Shown in pieces: positions 58,615-64,000 of a stretch of DNA of 64,000 bases. A program made the translations under genes and the position numbers. The first letter of the stretch is position 1, and each line of letters starts with the position of its first letter. The notes beneath the pieces are model-generated. The model did no database searches, was not told where the DNA came from, and saw only the letters and a list, made by a program, of their open reading frames with translations. The DNA comes from the human T2T-CHM13v2.0 reference genome, Homo sapiens. The DNA lies in assembly GCF_009914755.1 (NCBI RefSeq), contig NC_060939.1; one strand, 5' to 3'.

Positions 58615-58808
58615 TGGTTGGGTGGGGGGAGGGGGCAGGGATAGCATTAGGAGATATACCTAATGCTAAATGACAAGTTAATGGGTGCAGCACACCAGCG
58701 TGGCACATGTATACATATGTAACAAACCTGCACGTTGTACACATGTACCCTAAAACTTAAAGTATAATAAACAAACAAACAAACAAACAAACAAAACAAA
58801 AAAAAAAC
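58615..58808 (+). mobile_element. Heavily 5'-truncated young L1PA 3' end with (AAAC)n tail
   Basis: gggatagcattaggagatatacctaatgctaaatgac...gtaccctaaaacttaaagtataataa. Confidence 0.9.
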
Positions 58809-61292
58809 TCCTGGGATGGAGAGTAATTTCTACAAAGCTTTAAAAAAACCCTGCTCTAGACCAAAAATCAAGTTATTTCCCCATGGAATCCTGGTTACTT
58901 TTAGTGGATAATGGTACATAGAGACCAAAATCTAGTTGCTAAAGGAGCTCATGCTACATTTGCCAATGCATAGTACTAGAAAAAGCACTTAAAAACCAGA
59001 ATTCATATTGATATTGCCAATTCATATTTATCATTACAGTATTTTAAAAGTCTTTTGAATTTATACTTTCATCTAATTTATCTTACTTTGAAAATCCTCG
59101 TTCCTAATAACAGGAACATAATTCCTTATTTGCTACTCTGTAATGCATATATATATATATATATAAAATATATATTCACACACTATATACATAGTATCAA
59201 TATCACTGTAGTATCAATATCACTATTAACAATTAAACTACTGAATAAGGATTACAATTATAGTTCTTTTTGTCCCACCAAAGAACTGATAAAGTATTCT
59301 AAAGTTATTGAAAAATTATTTTACCCATGTGGTTATGTTACTATTTTGATATACAGTTAGGGTCATTTCTTTCTTTTTTTGCAATTTTAGGTTTTGTTTC
59401 TTTTCTTAACTTTATATTTTGAAAAACATTTACAGGCTCACAAGTCAAAGCTATACAAAAAGGCACACTCAGAGAAACTGCATTTCCTTCATGCCCTTCA
59501 GCCCCATTCCCTATTGTTAAATCTGAGGTAATAAATTTTGTTTCTGGTTTATACTTCTAGCAAGTATTTTTTGTAAATATATATGTATTTTTTCTTTATT
59601 TCCCCTCTCTACTTACAATATAGGTAACATACTATTAACACTATTCTACATCTTGTTTTTTTCACTTAATAATATATCCTGGTGATTATTTCATATTAGA
59701 TCATATAGAGCTTCCTCATTAGTTTTAACAGATGCATAGTATTCAATTGAGTGGACACACCACAGCTTTTTCAACTACTCTTGCACTAAAGAACTTCTGA
59801 GTCATTTCCAATATTTTGCCACTTTAAATAATGTCCCAATGAATAACTGTATATAAATGTTATTTCAGGCTGGGAGCAGTGGCTTACATCCATAATCCCA
59901 GCACTTTGGGAGGCTTAAGCAGGAGAGTCATTGAGGCCAGGAGTTCAAGACCAGCCTGGGCAATAAAGTGAGACTCTTGTCTCTACAAAAAATTTTAAAA
60001 ATTATCTGGGCATGGTGGCACATGCCTGTAGTCCCAGCTATTTGGGAGGCTGAGGCAGGAGGATCACTTGAACACAGGATTCCAGCCTTCAGTGATCATG
60101 CCACTGTTCTCCAGGCATGATCATACCACAGTACTCCAGCCTAGGTGACAGAGCAAGACCCTGTCTCTAAAAAAACACATAAATAAGCAAATGTTATTTC
60201 AACTTTGCATAGAAATGGCTTCAGAATAGATTCTTAAAAGTGGATTATTGGGGCCGGGCGTGGTGGCTCACGCCTGTAATTACAGCACTTTGGGAGGCAG
60301 AGGTGGGCAGATCACGAGGTCAGGAGATCGAGACCATCCTGGCTAACACAGTGAAACCCCGTCCCTACTAAAAATACAAATAATTAGCCGGGTGTAGTGG
60401 TGGGCGCCTGTAGTCCCAGCTACTCAGGAGGCTGAGGCAAGAGAATGACGTGAACCCAGGAGGCAGAGCTTGCAGTGAGCCGAGATGGCACTACTGCACT
60501 CTAGCCTGGGCGACAGAGCAAGAGTCCGTCTCATAAAAAAAAAAAAAAAAGTGGATTATTGGATCAGAGGTTAACTATAATTCTGTGAGATACTACAAAA
60601 TGTACCTCCATAGAGATTGTACCATTTTGTACCCCCACCAACAATGTACAGGATTTCTAGTTTCACCAGACTTGCCAAGAGAGTATATTGTCAAACTTTT
60701 GGATTTTTTCCAATCTAACAGGTGAGAAATAATATCTCAGTGTAGTTTTAATTTGCATACCTCTTATGGAAGGTTAAGCATAATTTCATATGTACAATGG
60801 CTATCTGCATTTCTTTCTCTGTACACTTCTTTTTTTTTTTTTTTTTTTTAGTGATGGGGTTGTTCAGGTAGTAGTAGCTGATTGTGTAGTAGCACAATCA
60901 CAGCTCACTCCATCCTCGAACTCCTGGGCTCCAGTGATCCTTCTGCCTTGGCCTCCCAAAGTGCTGCTATTACAGGCATGAGTCACTGCACCTGGCCTAA
61001 TTTGTCAATCTTTTTTTTGCTTCACAAGTTTGACTTTGAGTCAGAATTAGGCTTTCCTTACTTTCAGATGATAAAGGAATTTACCACTAACACCCTGCTT
61101 ACTTTTAGTACTTGCATGGTTTAATTTTTTTTATTGAGGTGAAATCCACATAACATAAAAGTTAGCCATCTTAAATTGTATAATTCTGTGGCATTTAGTA
61201 CACCCACAGTGCTGTGCAACCACCACCTCTATCTAGTTCCAAAACATTTTCGTCACCCCAGAAGAAACCCCATATCCATTAAGAAGTCAATC

Positions 61293-61381
61293 CCGGCTGC
61301 TCTGCCTATGGAGCAGCCATTCTTTTATTCCTTTACTTTCTTAATAAACTTGCTTTCACTTTATGGGGAAAAAAAAAAAAA
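61293..61381 (+). mobile_element. Short polyadenylated LTR (MER41-like) 3' fragment with 12-bp TSD
   Basis: ctgctctgcctatggagcagccattcttttattcctttactttcttAATAAActtgctttcacttta, then A-tail; TSD aagaagtcaatc at 61281-61292 and 61380-61391. Confidence 0.8.
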
Positions 61382-61481
61382 GAAGTCAATCTCCATTCCA
61401 TCCTACTCCCAAACCCTGGAAACCACCAATCTGCTTTCCGTCTCTATGGATTTACTTATTCTGGATATTTCATATAAATAA

Positions 61482-61838
<357 letters not shown>

Positions 61839-62005
61839 TAGAGATATGTTGTCCAGGCTGGTCTTGAACGCCTGGTCTTAAGCAATCCTCCTGCCTTGGC
61901 CTAACAAAGAGCTGGGATTACAGGTGTGAGCCATCATCCTCAGCTTTGATTATTGTGAATAGTGTTGCCATGAACATCTGTGTGTATTTGTTTGAGTACC
62001 TGTTT

Positions 62006-62036
<31 letters not shown>

Positions 62037-62117
62037 GAGTCTCACTCTGACACCCAGGCTGGAGTGCAGTGGCATGAACTTGGCTTATTACAGTCTCAAC
62101 CTCTGGGGCTCAGGTGA

Positions 62118-62387
<270 letters not shown>

Positions 62388-63461
62388 TGAGAGTTCCAGT
62401 TTGTCCACATCCTAACTAACACTTTCTTTTCTTTATTTTTAATGGCTATCCGGTGGGTATGAAGTGGTATGTCACTGTGGTTTAGATTTGTATATCCCTA
62501 AACTAATGAGAGTTAGCATCTTTTCATGTGCTTCTTAGCTATTTACATGTCTTCTTTGGAGAATGTCAATTCAAGTCCTTTGCTCCTTTTTAAACTGTGT
62601 TGTCTTTTTGTTGTTGTTATCATCTGTACGTATTAGATATAATATTTGTAAATATTTTCTCCCTTTCTGTAGTTGTTATTTTACTTTTTGATAATATCCT
62701 TTGATGCACAAATATTTTTAGTTTTGGTGAAGTCTAATTATTTTTTCTTTTGTTGCTTATGCTTTTGTTCTACAAATCCATTGCCAAATTTAAGGTCATT
62801 AAGATTTACTCTACGACTTCTTCTAAGAGATTTATAATTTTAACTCTTATACTTAGGTCATTGATCCATTTTGAGTTAATATTTTCATATGATATGAGGT
62901 AGGGGTGAATGAGTTCTTTTGCAATGTGAATACCTAGTGGTTTCAGCACCACTTATCGAAGAGACTATTCTTTCTCCATTGAATAGTTTTGACATCCTTG
63001 TTGAAAATCAACTGGCCATAGATGTTTAATTCTGGACTCTTGATTCTATTCTAGTGGTCTATATGTTTATACTTACAGCAATACCACACTGTTTTGATTA
63101 CTATAGCTTTGCAATACATTTGGAAATTAGGAAGTTTGAGTCCTCCAGTTTTGTTTTGCTTTTTCAAGATTCTTTTGGCTGTTCAGGCCCTCTTACAGTT
63201 CCCTATGAATTAGAGGAGTCAGCTTTTCCATTTCTGAAGAAAAGACATTAAAATTCTGATAGGGATTGCATTAAATCCATAGATCGCTTTGGGGAATACT
63301 GCCATCTTAACAATATCATGTCTTCAACATGAACATGAAATGCCTTTCCATTTATATAGGTCCTCTTTAATTTTTTCTTTATTGAGACAGGGTCTCACTT
63401 TGTCACCCAGGCTAGAGTGCTGGTAGCTGGGCTACAGGCATGCATCACCACACCCAGCTAA

Positions 63462-63578
<117 letters not shown>

Positions 63579-64000
63579 TGAGTAGCTGGGACTACAGGCA
63601 CCCGCCACTGTGCCTGGCTATTTTTTTTATTATTATTATTTTTTAATAGAGACAGGGTTTCATCATGTTGGACAGGCTGGTCTTGAACTCCTGACCTTAT
63701 GATCTTCCTGCTTCAGCCTCCCAAAGTGTTGGGATTACAGGCATGAGCCACCACACCCAGGCTTTTTTTTTTTCTTTTAATTTTTTGTAGAGACAGGGTT
63801 TCTCCATGCTGATCAGGCTGGTCTTGAACTTGTGAGCTTAAGCAATCTGCCTGCCTTGGCCTCCCAAAGTGTTGGGATTACAGGTGTGAGCCACCGCACC
63901 CTGCGTTGTTTTTTTTTTTTTTAAGCAAGACAGGGTTTCACTCTGTTGCCCAGGCTGGAGTACAGTGGTGCAATCATGGCTCACTGCAGTCTTGACCTTC

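Noticed and set aside
59192-59224. 16-bp direct repeat tagtatcaatatcact x2
   Set aside because: Simple slippage duplication in AT-rich old repeat sequence; no functional evidence

Overview
Alu/L1-dense primate (human-type) genomic DNA; the gene content matches the TP53BP1-MAP1A-PPIP5K1 neighbourhood (human 15q15.3 from memory). Minus strand, left: the 5' end of TP53BP1, with coding exons at 8393-8387, 7818-7634, 7445-7352 and 7103-7019, plus a probable distal non-coding first exon whose donor is at 25721. Plus strand, centre: the complete MAP1A gene. Its long 7-exon form (ATG 26340) sums to 3041 aa, and its short form (internal first exon ~32950-33051, ATG 36825) sums to 2803 aa; stop 45573-45575, polyA signal 46943. 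Minus strand, right: the last two coding exons and 3' UTR of PPIP5K1, convergent with MAP1A. Most short ORFs in the track are Alu/L1 artefacts or antisense shadows. Most interesting observations: (1) an intact 48-codon in-frame continuation of the PPIP5K1 repeat domain right behind its TAG, suggesting a recent nonsense truncation or readthrough; (2) RFX X-boxes centred on both MAP1A long-isoform ATGs, with further X-boxes across the locus; (3) a tiny polyadenylated MER41-like LTR retrocopy with L1-type TSD; (4) a stop-free, frame-preserving 141-nt intron in the MAP1A light-chain region; (5) uORFs specific to alternative first exons of both TP53BP1 and MAP1A. No prokaryote-type systems (CRISPR etc.) are present. 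Repeat subfamily calls are by eye and repeat boundaries are approximate.
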